A DNA stretch of 64,000 nt from the NCBI GenBank assembly GCA_965371465.1, contig CBDUYM010000013.1:14526-78525 (forward strand), written 5' to 3'. Positions 19,670-30,794 of this stretch are shown piece by piece. The translations under genes were made by a program, and so were the position numbers. This stretch comes from an uncultured Alphaproteobacteria bacterium (GTDB lineage Bacteria; Pseudomonadota; Alphaproteobacteria; CBDUYM01). The notes beneath the pieces are model-generated. The model was not told the origin of the DNA. It ran no database searches and saw nothing but the letters and a program-made list of their open reading frames with translations. Positions within the stretch are counted from its first letter, which is position 1. Every line of letters begins with the position of its first letter.

Positions 19670-22600
19670 CCTGTCTCTTCCTCGCGCTCTGAACCGTCTC
19701 TGTGGTTTCTTCTGGCTTTGCAGTCGCTTCTTCGAGCGCCCGCTTGTAATCAACCGGCAGAATTTTGACAAACTTTGGCAGCATCTGAGCCCAGTTATCC
19801 AGAATCTGTTTGGCACGTGTGCTGCCCGTGAGGTTCAAATGCTGTTCGATCAGGCCTTTCAGGCGTTGCGCATCATGGGCCAACGGATTGCCAATCGCAG
19901 CTGCGTCGACACGCGGCTCATTGGCGTCGATCTGCTCAAGCGTGACCATCGCCTGATTACACTTGATATCAAAATCACCTTTTTCATCCAGTACGTAGGC
20001 GATGCCGCCGCTCATGCCGGCAGCGAAATTGCGGCCCGTTTCGCCAAGTACAACAGTGATGCCGCCGGTCATATATTCGCATCCATGATCGCCGACGCCT
20101 TCGACAACCGCTGTGGCCCCCGAATTGCGCACGCAAAAGCGCTCGCCGGCAACCCCGCGGAAGAAGCATTCGCCTTCGGTCGCTCCATAGAGCACTGTGT
20201 TTCCAATAATGATATTTTCTTCAGCGACCCGTGGCGCTTCAGCCGGTGGCTTGATGATAAGCCGACCTCCCGCAAGGCCTTTGCCCACGTAATCGTTCGC
20301 ATCACCCGTCAGTTCAATGGTTACACCACGGGCAAGAAACGCACCGAAGCTCTGGCCGCCGGTCCCTGTCATGGTGATGTGAATGCTGTCCGGACCAAGA
20401 CCTTCGTGACCATGTTGCCGTGCGACTTCGCCGGAAAGCATGGCGCCGACCGTGCGGTTGATGTTGCGCGCCGGTACTTCAAGCTCGACCCTGGCGCCTG
20501 ATTCTATGGCTGGCTTTGCGTCCCTGATGAGTTGATTGTCGAGTGCGTTCTCAAGCCCATGTTCCTGGGTCTCGGAATTGTATGTCGCCACATCGGCACT
20601 CACTTTCGGCTGATAGAAGAGGTTGGTAAAGTCCAGCCCGTTAGCCTTCCAGTGTTCCACGGCTTTTCGGGAGTTCAGAACGTCCGTGCGACCGATCAGT
20701 TCGTTGATTGTTCTGAAGCCAAGCTCGGCCATTTGTTCGCGAACCTGTTCGGCAATGAAAGTGAAAAAGTTGATCACATGCTCGGGCTCGCCAACGAACC
20801 GTTTTCGAAGCTCGGGATCCTGCGTCGCGACACCGACCGGACAGGTGTTGAGATGACATTTCCGCATCATCACGCAGCCACTGGCAATCAGAGGGGCAGT
20901 TGCAAAGCCGAACTCGTCGGCGCCAAGGATGGCACCGATGATGACGTCGCGGCCGGTACGGAAGCCGCCATCCACCTGTACCGCAATGCGGCCACGCAAG
21001 CGATGCAGCACCAATGTCTGATGGGTTTCGGCAAGGCCGATTTCCCAGGGAGAACCGGCATGCTTGATCGAGGTGAGCGGGCTCGCACCCGTGCCCCCTT
21101 CATAGCCGGAAATTGTCACATGATCGGCATGCGCTTTTGAGACGCCGGCAGCAACGGTGCCGACACCTACTTCCGAAACAAGCTTCACACTGATGCGCGC
21201 CATCGGATTTACATTCTTCAGATCGTGAATGAGCTGGGCCAGATCCTCAATGGAGTAAATGTCGTGGTGGGGCGGCGGGGATATAAGTCCTACGCCTGGT
21301 GTCGAATGCCGTACATCGGCGATCACCTGATCAACTTTGTGTCCAGGCAGCTGGCCACCTTCACCGGGCTTCGCCCCTTGCGCCATTTTGATCTGGATGT
21401 CATCCGCATTGACCAGATACTCGGCCGTTACGCCAAAGCGGCCGCTTGCAACCTGTTTGATCGCCGAACGCATGCTGTCGCCGTTTGGCAGCGGCGTGAA
21501 ACGATCCCGCTCTTCACCGCCTTCGCCAGTGTTGGATTTCCCGCCCAGCCGGTTCATGGCAATCGCCAGATTGGTATGCGCCTCGCGGCTGATCGAGCCG
21601 AACGACATGGCACCGGTGGCAAAGCGCTTCACAATCTCGCTCACCGGCTCAACTTCATCAATTGAAATGGGGTCGTTGAGCGCATTGAATCCGAACAGCC
21701 CCCGCATGGTGAACAGCTTTTCATTTTGCTCATTCACGTCGCGTGCATAGTCATCGAACAGTGCCCGATCGGCAGAACGCACAGCGTGCTGCATCTTGCT
21801 GATTACCTTTGGTGACCAGACATGTGCTTCTCCTCTGATGCGGAAAGCAAATTCACCGCCGACATCCAGAGCGTCGCTCAGGATTTGCTGGTCGCCATAA
21901 GCTTCTTCATGTCTTTTGACGCTTTCGGCCGCAATTTGCTCTATGCCGATGCCCTCAATCTGCGTGGCAGTGCCGCTGAAATACTGATCCACAAAGGATG
22001 TCGAAAGCCCGACCGCATCGAAAATCTGCGCCCCGCAATAGGACTGGTAGGTCGATATGCCCATCTTGGACATGACCTTGAGGATGCCCTTGCCGATGCC
22101 CTTGATGTAATTTGCGATGATCTCAGCGTCCGTCAGATTATTCGACAGTTCGGGTCTGAGCGACAGAAGTGTCTCAAATGCAAGGTAGGGATTGATCGCC
22201 TCTGCACCGTAACCTGCCAGGGCGCACATGTGATGGACTTCGCGCGCTTCGCCGGTCTCGACAACAAGCCCGACTTCGGTCCGAAGACCGCCACGGACAA
22301 GATGATGATGCACGCCGGAAACCGCCAACAGCGCCGGTACTGGAATTCGTTCGGATCCTTCGTTGCGGTCTGACAAAATGAGAATGTTGATCCCATCCCG
22401 TACCGCTTCCTCGGCGCTGTTGCAAAGCCGCGTCACCGCACGTGCCAAGCCATCGACGCCCTCTTCCACAGGATAGGTAATGTCGAGGGTCTTGGAGACA
22501 AAGCTTGAATCCGAGTGAAGCTCAATCTCGCGGATTCTCTCCATGTCCTCGTTCGTCAGGATAGGCTGATGAACCTCAAGCCGTTTGTTGGCGCCGGACT

Positions 22601-24278
22601 GATTGAGTTCCAGCAGATTTGGCCGCGGCCCAATCAGGGACACAAGCGACATGACGAGTTGTTCGCGTATGGGATCAATGGGCGGATTGGTCACCTGGGC
22701 AAAGTTTTGCTTGAAGTAGGTGTAAAGAAGCTTGGGTCGATCGGACAGAACCGAGATCGGCGTGTCAGTGCCCATGGAACCGATGGGGTCTTCGCCATCT
22801 TCTGCCAGTGGCTTCAGGAAAAATTTAACATCTTCCTGGCTGTAGCCGAAGGACTGTTGCTTGTCGAGAAGATCGCTTTCGCTCAAAGGGTGCCATTGTT
22901 TCTTGGCCGGCGGCAGGTCTTCGAGCTGCGTCTGGCTTGCATCCAGCCAGTCCTGATAGGGGTGAAGGCCGGCAAGCTCAGCTTTCAGCTCTTCGTCATC
23001 AATGATCCGGCCCTGTTCCAGATCGGCCAGAAACATCTTGCCAGGTTGCAGGCGCCATTTCTTGACGATATTCGCTTCAGGAATATCCAGCACGCCGGTC
23101 TCTGAAGCGGCGATTACCAGGTCGTCATCGGTAAGCAGGTAGCGGGCAGGGCGGAGGCCGTTCCGATCAAGTGTTGCACCGATCTGGCGACCGTCAGTGA
23201 AGGCGACTGCCGCCGGCCCGTCCCAGGGCTCCATAAGGGCTGCATAATATTCATAGAATGCGCGGCGCTTTTCATCGATCAGCGGATTACCATCCCAGGC
23301 CTCCGGGATCATGAGCATCATGGCGTGGGCGAGGGAGTAACCACCTGCGACCAGTAATTCGAGCGCATTATCAAAACTTGCCGAGTCAGACTGGTCTTCA
23401 CGAATGAGGGGCCAGAGTTTTTCAAGATCGTCTCCGATAAGCTCCGATTTCATGGAGCTCCGCCGCGCAGTCATCCAGTTCTCATTGCCGCGCTTCGTGT
23501 TGATCTCTCCGTTGTGACAGATCATGCGGAAAGGCTGGGCCAGCTCCCATGTCGGGAAGGTGTTGGTCGAGAACCTTTGATGCACAAGGGCCAGCGCAGA
23601 TGCTGTGCGTTCATCTACAAGGTCGCGGTAGTAGGCCGACACCTGACCCGCCAGCAAAATGCCTTTGTAGCAGATCGTTCTGGCCGACATGGACGTACCG
23701 TAGAAGAACGAATCTTCGGCCGCACCTATGCTCGCGAACGCTCGCTGCATCTGTTTGCGGATGATGAACAGTTTCCGTTCAAAACTGTCCGTATCGGCGC
23801 AGTTTTCGCCTTTGGCGACAAACACCTGCCGGATCACCGGCTCATTTACCTTGACGGACTCACCAAGCAGGGAATTGTCGGTCGGCACATCACGCCAGCC
23901 CAGAACGCTTTGGCCTTCGCTCTCGATCAGTTCATTGATCATGGCTTCGGTCCTGGCCCGGTCATTTTCGCCGCGGGGCAGGAACAGCATGCCGACGCCG
24001 TAATCGCCGACTTCAGGCAATTCAAAGCCCAGAGCCGCGCACTCCGGCCGGAAGAAGCCATCGGGAATTTGAATCAGGATACCGGAACCGTCGCCGGCCA
24101 GCGGGTCAGCGCCTACCGCGCCTCGATGCGTCAGGTTTTCGAGAATCTTCAGGCCCTGGAGAACGATCTCATGGCTTTTGACGTTCTTGATGTTTGCGAC
24201 AAAGCCAATGCCACATGAGTCATGCTCGTTCCGTGGGTCATACAGACCCTGTTTCCTGGGGAGCGCGCTATACGGCAT
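19662..24278 (-). CDS. gltB: glutamate synthase (NADPH) large subunit
   Basis: 1538 aa. It has the amidotransferase N-terminus with [11 protein letters not shown], then the central FMN/3Fe-4S and C-terminal GXGXG domains in canonical order. Confidence 0.97.
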   Translation of the reverse strand: MPYSALPRKQGLYDPRNEHDSCGIGFVANIKNVKSHEIVLQGLKILENLTHRGAVGADPLAGDGSGILIQIPDGFFRPECAALGFELPEVGDYGVGMLFLPRGENDRARTEAMINELIESEGQSVLGWRDVPTDNSLLGESVKVNEPVIRQVFVAKGENCADTDSFERKLFIIRKQMQRAFASIGAAEDSFFYGTSMSARTICYKGILLAGQVSAYYRDLVDERTASALALVHQRFSTNTFPTWELAQPFRMICHNGEINTKRGNENWMTARRSSMKSELIGDDLEKLWPLIREDQSDSASFDNALELLVAGGYSLAHAMMLMIPEAWDGNPLIDEKRRAFYEYYAALMEPWDGPAAVAFTDGRQIGATLDRNGLRPARYLLTDDDLVIAASETGVLDIPEANIVKKWRLQPGKMFLADLEQGRIIDDEELKAELAGLHPYQDWLDASQTQLEDLPPAKKQWHPLSESDLLDKQQSFGYSQEDVKFFLKPLAEDGEDPIGSMGTDTPISVLSDRPKLLYTYFKQNFAQVTNPPIDPIREQLVMSLVSLIGPRPNLLELNQSGANKRLEVHQPILTNEDMERIREIELHSDSSFVSKTLDITYPVEEGVDGLARAVTRLCNSAEEAVRDGINILILSDRNEGSERIPVPALLAVSGVHHHLVRGGLRTEVGLVVETGEAREVHHMCALAGYGAEAINPYLAFETLLSLRPELSNNLTDAEIIANYIKGIGKGILKVMSKMGISTYQSYCGAQIFDAVGLSTSFVDQYFSGTATQIEGIGIEQIAAESVKRHEEAYGDQQILSDALDVGGEFAFRIRGEAHVWSPKVISKMQHAVRSADRALFDDYARDVNEQNEKLFTMRGLFGFNALNDPISIDEVEPVSEIVKRFATGAMSFGSISREAHTNLAIAMNRLGGKSNTGEGGEERDRFTPLPNGDSMRSAIKQVASGRFGVTAEYLVNADDIQIKMAQGAKPGEGGQLPGHKVDQVIADVRHSTPGVGLISPPPHHDIYSIEDLAQLIHDLKNVNPMARISVKLVSEVGVGTVAAGVSKAHADHVTISGYEGGTGASPLTSIKHAGSPWEIGLAETHQTLVLHRLRGRIAVQVDGGFRTGRDVIIGAILGADEFGFATAPLIASGCVMMRKCHLNTCPVGVATQDPELRKRFVGEPEHVINFFTFIAEQVREQMAELGFRTINELIGRTDVLNSRKAVEHWKANGLDFTNLFYQPKVSADVATYNSETQEHGLENALDNQLIRDAKPAIESGARVELEVPARNINRTVGAMLSGEVARQHGHEGLGPDSIHITMTGTGGQSFGAFLARGVTIELTGDANDYVGKGLAGGRLIIKPPAEAPRVAEENIIIGNTVLYGATEGECFFRGVAGERFCVRNSGATAVVEGVGDHGCEYMTGGITVVLGETGRNFAAGMSGGIAYVLDEKGDFDIKCNQAMVTLEQIDANEPRVDAAAIGNPLAHDAQRLKGLIEQHLNLTGSTRAKQILDNWAQMLPKFVKILPVDYKRALEEATAKPEETTETVQSARKRQDG

Positions 24279-24739
24279 ATTCCGGTCTCGGTTCGTCTTT
24301 CATTACTTTTTTGCGCATCGCCAATTTGGCTTGAAGGCAGTTCGGCCATCGTTCGGCATATTGTGCCAAGCGGGTCGACCCCAGCGCACTGCTTAGTTTC
24401 CCTCGGGCCTGCTTGTCGGCCTTGAGGCATCGAAGCCAACATCGCGACAAAATCCAGCAATCAGGGAGGCCAATCCTATCTAAAATCATGCAACAAGCCT
24501 ACGGGTTTGTCCGGTTGAGAACAGGCAGATTTGCGTGGACTGCCAATACGTCAGTATTACTTACCATTATATTCTGATGCTGTCATCCGGTTGGCCTGAA
24601 TTTCTTGCTCGCCAATAGGGCAATGCAACATTATCTATTTGATATTGCACGATAATTTTGACCGTTTGAAAGCTGTTCGTCCTAGGCTAGGTTGGCGTGA
24701 CACTGCTGATAAACTGAAAATCACCGAGGAAACAGCCCC

Positions 24740-25390
24740 ATGACCCTGGCGTTTGATATCTACTGGTCTTTCCGCAGCCCTTATTCCTACCTCTCAACCG
24801 GACGAATTCGGCAGATCGGGATCGACTATGATGTGGATGTTAACGTCTGCCCAGTCTACCCATTGGCGATAAGGGACGGTGCGTTCTTTGACAAGATCAA
24901 TCCCCTCTGGCCTCGATATCTGATGCGGGACACGGTCAGAGCCGCCGAAATGTATGGCATTGCCTATAAATGGCCACAACCCGATCCCGTCGTCATTGAT
25001 CGCGGGATCGGTGGTGCTGCCAAAGACCAGCCCTATATTCATCGGCTGACACGCCTCGGCATTGAGGCTGCAGAGCAGGGCAAGGGCATCGAATTCCTCG
25101 ACGAAGTCTCGCAGATCATCTGGAACGGGAATACGTCCAACTGGCATGAAGGTGATCACCTGAAAGAAGCCACTGCGAGAGCCGGTCTGGATCTTGAAGA
25201 GATGGATGCAAAGGTTGCTGCCGATCCGGAAGGATACGATGCGCTGATCGACCGGAATCAGCAGAATCTGGAAGCCGCAGGTCACTGGGGTGTGCCGACC
25301 ATGGTATTCGAGGGAGAGCCGTTCTTCGGTCAGGATCACATTGATGTGCTTCTGTGGCGCATGGCGCCAAAGGGCATGAAGAAGCGGTGA
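24740..25390 (+). CDS. 2-hydroxychromene-2-carboxylate isomerase family (DsbA-like fold) protein
   Basis: 216 aa. The N-terminus MTLAFDIYWSFRSPYSYL and C-terminal GVPTMVFEGEPFFGQDHIDVL are typical of HCCA isomerase/DsbA-like proteins. Confidence 0.75.
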   Translation: MTLAFDIYWSFRSPYSYLSTGRIRQIGIDYDVDVNVCPVYPLAIRDGAFFDKINPLWPRYLMRDTVRAAEMYGIAYKWPQPDPVVIDRGIGGAAKDQPYIHRLTRLGIEAAEQGKGIEFLDEVSQIIWNGNTSNWHEGDHLKEATARAGLDLEEMDAKVAADPEGYDALIDRNQQNLEAAGHWGVPTMVFEGEPFFGQDHIDVLLWRMAPKGMKKR

Positions 25391-25425
25391 TGTGCAGCCG
25401 GTTGGATTTCACCTCTGAGAGTTAG

Positions 25426-27231
25426 ATGGTTACACCTATCTACAGCATGCGCGAGGGCCAGATTTCATTTGGTGGCGCGCCTATCCTGAATGGAGTGACT
25501 CTGCATGTCAGTGTCGGCGATATTATCTGTCTCATCGGCCGAAACGGAGCCGGCAAGTCAACGCTGCTGAAAACCATCGCCGGCCTGGTTGAGCTCGATG
25601 ACGGCGCCATCTGGCGCGATCCGGCCCTCGAGTATGCCTATCTTCCGCAAGACCCGGTATACGAGGAAGGATCCACGGTTCTTCAGCATGTGATGAACAA
25701 TGGCGAAGTGCTGGCCCATGATGCAGAGAATCTGATCAGCCAGCTTCACATTCCTGCCGACGGCGATCTCGATGTCATGTCGGGTGGTGAAAAACGCCGA
25801 GCCGATCTTGCCCGGGTGCTCGCATCGGGGGCAAGGTTGCTTCTTTTTGATGAGCCGACCAATCATCTTGATCTCGCAACAATTTCCTGGCTGGAGAATT
25901 GGCTCGCTCAGTTCAAGGGCGCAGCACTTCTGGTCAGCCATGACAGAACTTTTCTCAGAAATGTGACGAACCGCACCTATTGGCTTGATCGTGGCACATT
26001 GCGGGAGAATCCAAGGGGCTTCGCTGACTTCGAGCGCTGGTCACAGATGATCTATGACATCGAGGAAAAGGAGCAGGATCGGCTCAGCCGGACAATCGGT
26101 CAGGAAACGATGTGGCTCAGGCGGGGTGTCACCGCGCGCCGACGTCGCAACCGGGGCCGTGTCCGAAGACTGATGGAGCTCCGCGAAAAGAAGCTGAACT
26201 ATTTGCGCGCAGTCGGTAATGCCGCGCTGAAGCTGGACACTGGCAACATGAGCGGCAAGACCGTGCTCGAAGCCTTTCAGATTTCCAAAAGCTATGGTGA
26301 TCATCAGCTGTTCGAGAATTTTTCCACCATCCTTCAGCGCGGTGATCGGATCGGCGTCATCGGCCCGAACGGGGTCGGCAAAACCACGCTCATCAACATT
26401 CTGACGGGTGTTGCAAAGGCCGACGAAGGAAAAGTGAAACTCGGCTCAAACCTTACACTCGCCTATTTCGACCAGTCCCGCGAGGCTCTCGATCCGGCCA
26501 AGACGCCAGTTGAGACTATCGCCGATGCTGGCGGTGACCATGTCTGGGCGCAAGGCTCACCCAAACATGTGGTCGCGTTTTTGAATGACTTTCTGTTCAC
26601 CAAATCACAGATAAATACGCCTATACGCGCCCTGTCCGGCGGCGAAAGGAACAGGCTTCTGTTGGCCAAGCTATTTGCGCGGCAATCGAACTTCATCATC
26701 CTCGATGAGCCGACAAATGACCTGGATATGGAGACGCTCGAGTTACTTGAGGATGTTCTTGCGACTTATGATGGTACTGCGCTGATCGTCAGCCATGATC
26801 GTGACTTTCTTGATCGCGTTGTCACCAGCACAATGGTTTTCGAAGGGGACGGGACGTTAATTGAATATGCCGGAGGTTATTCTGACTACCTGCTACAAAA
26901 GGGCCGCCCGGCGAAGGCCGAAGCGCTGACCAGGCCAATCAAACTGAGGGCCAATGGGAATGAGAAGTCAAAGAAGCCGATCCGAAAAAAACTGAGCTTC
27001 AAAGAGCAGCATGAACTTCAAAGCCTGCCGGCCCAGATAGATCAGGAAAAGGCCAATATACAATCCTTTGAAGCGCGTCTGGGAGCATCAGACCTTTTCA
27101 ATCGTGACGCCGCTCAATTCATCGACCTTTCCAACAAATTGCAAAATGCACAGGTGGCGCTTGCTGAAGCGGAAGACCGGTGGCTGGAATTGGAGCTTGA
27201 ACGCGAGGAGCTGGAACGGGTGCAAGGATGA
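25426..27231 (+). CDS. uup: ABC-F family ATPase (Uup-like, two ABC cassettes and a C-terminal coiled coil)
   Basis: 601 aa. Two Walker A sites (GRNGAGKST, GPNGVGKTT) and two signature motifs (MSGGEKRR, LSGGERNR) are present. There is no membrane domain. The tail is charged and helical (EAEDRWLELELEREELERV). Confidence 0.85.
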   Translation: MVTPIYSMREGQISFGGAPILNGVTLHVSVGDIICLIGRNGAGKSTLLKTIAGLVELDDGAIWRDPALEYAYLPQDPVYEEGSTVLQHVMNNGEVLAHDAENLISQLHIPADGDLDVMSGGEKRRADLARVLASGARLLLFDEPTNHLDLATISWLENWLAQFKGAALLVSHDRTFLRNVTNRTYWLDRGTLRENPRGFADFERWSQMIYDIEEKEQDRLSRTIGQETMWLRRGVTARRRRNRGRVRRLMELREKKLNYLRAVGNAALKLDTGNMSGKTVLEAFQISKSYGDHQLFENFSTILQRGDRIGVIGPNGVGKTTLINILTGVAKADEGKVKLGSNLTLAYFDQSREALDPAKTPVETIADAGGDHVWAQGSPKHVVAFLNDFLFTKSQINTPIRALSGGERNRLLLAKLFARQSNFIILDEPTNDLDMETLELLEDVLATYDGTALIVSHDRDFLDRVVTSTMVFEGDGTLIEYAGGYSDYLLQKGRPAKAEALTRPIKLRANGNEKSKKPIRKKLSFKEQHELQSLPAQIDQEKANIQSFEARLGASDLFNRDAAQFIDLSNKLQNAQVALAEAEDRWLELELEREELERVQG

Positions 27232-28172
27232 GCCGGCCAAACGCAGAAGATCGACGCATCCCGCCTGCCGGCGCGCAGTTTGGATACGTTACAGCCGAAG
27301 ATGGTGTGCGCCTGCGAACAGCGCATTGGCCATCTCATTCAGGCCCCTCAGCTGAGACCCTTGTCTTTCAGACCGGGCGCACGGAGTTCATCGAGAAGGG
27401 TTTCGAAACCGTCCATGATCTTCTCGATCGGGGATTTGCCGTCTTCATGATGGATTGGCGCGGCCAAGGCCTCTCGGATCGTCCCTTGCCGGATCGTCAC
27501 AAAGGTCACATCGACAACTATGAGCTCTATCTAAGTGACTTTCATCAGTTTGTAACTGAATCGGTTTTGCCTTTTGCGCATGAAGCGCCTCTGCTGCTCG
27601 CCCATTCCATGGGAGGCCACATTACGCTCCGGCATTTGCATGACCATCCAGAGCACTTCAGGGCCGCTGTATTCACAGGGCCCATGGTTGACCTTCCTCT
27701 GAGCGGGCCGTTGCGCCCGATCGCATCTGGTCTGGCTCATCTGATGGCTATGATTGGCGGCAGAAATTCATACTCCATGGGGCAGGGGTCGTATGACCCG
27801 GACGCGCCGTTTGAAGACAACCCGCTGACAACAGACCCCGACCGCTTTGCCGATCTGGCGGTGGCTTGTGAAAAGGATCCCGATCTTGCCCTTGGTGGCG
27901 TGACAACGGGCTGGATCATTGAGACGTTGAAGTCCGCACAAATTTTGAACGACCCATCCTTTCTCAGGGAAATCAAAATTCCGATCCTGCTGCAATACGG
28001 AACGGACGACCATGTGGTCTCAACGGCTGCCATACGCCGCGCCCATGGATTTCTGGATCGTGCTTTTCTGCTGCGCATCGAGGGCGCCAAGCACGAAATC
28101 CTCAAAGAGCAGGATGCCTATCAGGACATTTTCTGGGACGCGTTCGACAGTTTTCTCGAATCGCTGAGCTAG
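27228..28172 (+). CDS. alpha/beta hydrolase (lysophospholipase/monoglyceride-lipase-like)
   Basis: 314 aa with nucleophile elbow AHSMGG. The start ATG overlaps the ABC-F stop (ATGA), which suggests translational coupling. Confidence 0.75.
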   Translation: MSRPNAEDRRIPPAGAQFGYVTAEDGVRLRTAHWPSHSGPSAETLVFQTGRTEFIEKGFETVHDLLDRGFAVFMMDWRGQGLSDRPLPDRHKGHIDNYELYLSDFHQFVTESVLPFAHEAPLLLAHSMGGHITLRHLHDHPEHFRAAVFTGPMVDLPLSGPLRPIASGLAHLMAMIGGRNSYSMGQGSYDPDAPFEDNPLTTDPDRFADLAVACEKDPDLALGGVTTGWIIETLKSAQILNDPSFLREIKIPILLQYGTDDHVVSTAAIRRAHGFLDRAFLLRIEGAKHEILKEQDAYQDIFWDAFDSFLESLS

Positions 28173-28330
28173 ACCCAATTCCATATTCATGGAATCGGGG
28201 CCCCGTTCCGGTCGTTCACGCCAATGCGTTCAAGCCCGCCAGGCTCCCCACTGTTTGATAGACATTGGGGGCGCCGCACTGGCGCAGGAGCCACGCTTGC
28301 GGCTCCGACCATTTGAATATCGAAAATGGT

Positions 28331-29140
28331 CTAATCAGGCACCCTGGAGAGAATTCTGAGCGCTTCTGCATGTACGGCCTCGCATCCACTGGTAACCACG
28401 CGACCGCCAGCAAGGACGGGCTCGCCGTGCCAGTCCGTGATCAGGCCGCCGGCACCTTCAACAATTGGGATCAGCGCCTGAATGTCATAGGCTTTAAGGC
28501 CTGACTCGACAAGAATGTCAGCAAAGCCATCAGCCAGCATGCAGTATCCGTAGCAGTCACCCGTAAATCGAGTCATTGGTACCAGATTTTCAATCTCGGC
28601 AAAGGCGGCGATCTCAGCGGCAGTCTCCATCATGGCCGGATCCGTGCACATCAATGTTGCTTCTGCCAGGCCGGACACGGTGCGCGTCTCGATCGCCTCA
28701 CCATTGAGCAAAGCCTGCTCGCCATCGCCAAAAAAACGCTCGCCCATAATCGGCTGATCCATCATACCGATAAGGGGCCCACCTTCATCGACGAGAGCGA
28801 CAAGAGTGCCCCAGAGCGGCAGGCCCGTCACGAAGGATCGCGTGCCGTCAATTGGGTCAATGATCCATTGTCTGCCGGAAGTCCCTGGCTTTTCGCCAAA
28901 CTCTTCACCGAGGATAGCGTCATCGGGATAGTGCCGTTCGATCAGCGACCGGATCGCCACTTCTGCCGCCCGATCGGCAACGGTAACCGGGTCAACCTTC
29001 GCACCTTTCGCCGAGCCCTTGTCCTCGACCTCGCCGTGGGCACGGAAATAGGGCCGGATGGCGGCACCCGATGCCTCGGCCACTTCATCCAGAAACGCAT
29101 AATAGCTTTCAACTTCGTCATCGCTCAGGCGTTTTGACAT
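28331..29140 (-). CDS. inositol monophosphatase family protein (possibly HisN-type histidinol-phosphatase)
   Basis: 269 aa. IMPase motifs are present (ILGEEFG, WIIDPIDGTRSFV, GDCYGY). The HisN assignment is inferred only from the alphaproteobacterial habit of using an IMPase-family HisN. Confidence 0.8.
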   Translation of the reverse strand: MSKRLSDDEVESYYAFLDEVAEASGAAIRPYFRAHGEVEDKGSAKGAKVDPVTVADRAAEVAIRSLIERHYPDDAILGEEFGEKPGTSGRQWIIDPIDGTRSFVTGLPLWGTLVALVDEGGPLIGMMDQPIMGERFFGDGEQALLNGEAIETRTVSGLAEATLMCTDPAMMETAAEIAAFAEIENLVPMTRFTGDCYGYCMLADGFADILVESGLKAYDIQALIPIVEGAGGLITDWHGEPVLAGGRVVTSGCEAVHAEALRILSRVPD

Positions 29141-29279
29141 TCGACGTTCCCTTCGCAGACTCCCGCCTGTCTATGCGCATCAGGCGCTTCCTGCAAGTCC
29201 GGTGTCACCTCATGTTTCGCCGTCCCGTTTCAGTGTATATGTTGGCCGCAAATCTGTTTTTGATGGGCGGACGTTCTGA

Positions 29280-30794
29280 ATGAGTGAAGAAAATTACGAT
29301 CTTCTGGTCGTTGGCGGCGGCATCAACGGTGCTGCGGTCGCGCGAGATGCAGCAGGCCGGGGATTTCGCGTCTTGCTGGCAGAGGCCGGCGACTTCGCTG
29401 GCGAGACTTCATCAGCTTCGTCGAAACTCATTCACGGCGGCCTTCGTTATCTCGAGCACCTTGAATTCGGCCTTGTATACGAAGGCCTGCGCGAACGTGA
29501 AATTCTTCTCAGGACAGCGGGGCGACTTGTTCGCCCTATTAGATTCCTGGTGCCCATTCGAAAAGGCGGTCCGCGTCCGGCCTGGTTTGTCGGCCTTGGC
29601 CTCTGGCTTTATCAGTTGCTGGCACGTTCAAGTCTGCTTGAGAAAACTGGCTCGCTGACAAAGGCAGAGGCGGCGGCCATACCTCATCTGAAGCTAGCCC
29701 AATTGAGCCGCATTTTTCATTATCCTGACTGTCAGGTCGATGACGCTCGTCTCACTCTTGAACTGGTTATGGATGCGCGCGCCAGAGGCGCTCTGGTCGA
29801 AAATTACACTGAGGTAACAGCCCTTCAATCTGCAAATTCCGGATTTGTAGTCACGCTTGAGAGCGCAGAACAGAAGCGGACGGTCCGGGCTCGGCATGTC
29901 GTGAACACCGCTGGCACCCACGTGAACGAGGTCTTGGACCTCTACAGAGGGCACTCAAGACCAAGGAAGCGTCCTCTCAAGTTGGTCAAGGGCAGTCACA
30001 TAGTCCTGCCTCTGAAAGATTTCGGGCGTGGAGACGCCTTTACGCTCTCCAACAGAGATGGGCGCGTGATCTTCGTTATTCCCTGGCTCGATCATTATCG
30101 GCTAATCGGCACAACAGATGCCCCACAACGCGCCGATGAACCTGTTGTCTGCTCTGATGAAGAGCGGCTTTATCTCTTGCGGGCTTATTCTGAGTTCTTC
30201 GACGATCAAGTGGCGGAGGAAGACGTCCTTTGGTCATTTGCCGGTGTGCGGGCCCTGGCATATGGCGGCAGGAAGGACCCGAGCAAGGTCACCAGAGACT
30301 ATCGCCTGTCGGAATTCCGGCCTCGGCGTGGCAGAAGCACGCTTCTGAGCGTCTATGGCGGAAAATTGACAACTCACAGGGCCCTCGCTGAGCGGGTGGT
30401 TTCCAGGCTTCAGAGGCTTGACGGCAAAAAGGCCGCCAGACCTGGCAAAGGCTGGACTGCAAGCGCGCCGCTGGTTGGTTCCGAGGAGGTCAGCATCAGA
30501 CAGAACGGAATTGAAGCAGAAATTCTCGACAGATGGTCGGCCAACTACGGTCGTCGCATGGCAGACTATTTCGGCGGGCTGGATGATCCAGCAACTGCGC
30601 TGCATCAGGTAGTGACGGGTGTGCCAGAAGTGGAGCTTGCCTATGCTTGGGACGTTGAGCTGGCGCGCCGGGCCGAAGATTTTGTCGCCAGACGGTCCAA
30701 ACTGGTGCTGACACTCAACGAAGCAGAGATTACATCTATTGAAAGCTGGTTTGAAAGGAGGCGAGCCGAGGACGCCCAGGCGAAGCAGGTCTAA
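29280..30794 (+). CDS. glpD: FAD-dependent glycerol-3-phosphate dehydrogenase
   Basis: 504 aa with N-terminus YDLLVVGGGINGAAVARDAAGRGFRVLLAEAGDFAGETSSASSKLIHGGLRYLEH. Confidence 0.9.
   Translation: MSEENYDLLVVGGGINGAAVARDAAGRGFRVLLAEAGDFAGETSSASSKLIHGGLRYLEHLEFGLVYEGLREREILLRTAGRLVRPIRFLVPIRKGGPRPAWFVGLGLWLYQLLARSSLLEKTGSLTKAEAAAIPHLKLAQLSRIFHYPDCQVDDARLTLELVMDARARGALVENYTEVTALQSANSGFVVTLESAEQKRTVRARHVVNTAGTHVNEVLDLYRGHSRPRKRPLKLVKGSHIVLPLKDFGRGDAFTLSNRDGRVIFVIPWLDHYRLIGTTDAPQRADEPVVCSDEERLYLLRAYSEFFDDQVAEEDVLWSFAGVRALAYGGRKDPSKVTRDYRLSEFRPRRGRSTLLSVYGGKLTTHRALAERVVSRLQRLDGKKAARPGKGWTASAPLVGSEEVSIRQNGIEAEILDRWSANYGRRMADYFGGLDDPATALHQVVTGVPEVELAYAWDVELARRAEDFVARRSKLVLTLNEAEITSIESWFERRRAEDAQAKQV

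Noticed and set aside
28178-28205. Adjacent palindromes ATTCCAT-ATTC-ATGGAAT and CGGGGCCCCG right after the hydrolase stop
   Set aside because: They are probably just part of a bidirectional terminator region between convergent genes. There is no U-tract, the motif is not repeated elsewhere in the window, and there is nothing to suggest a mobile-element end or a REP family.
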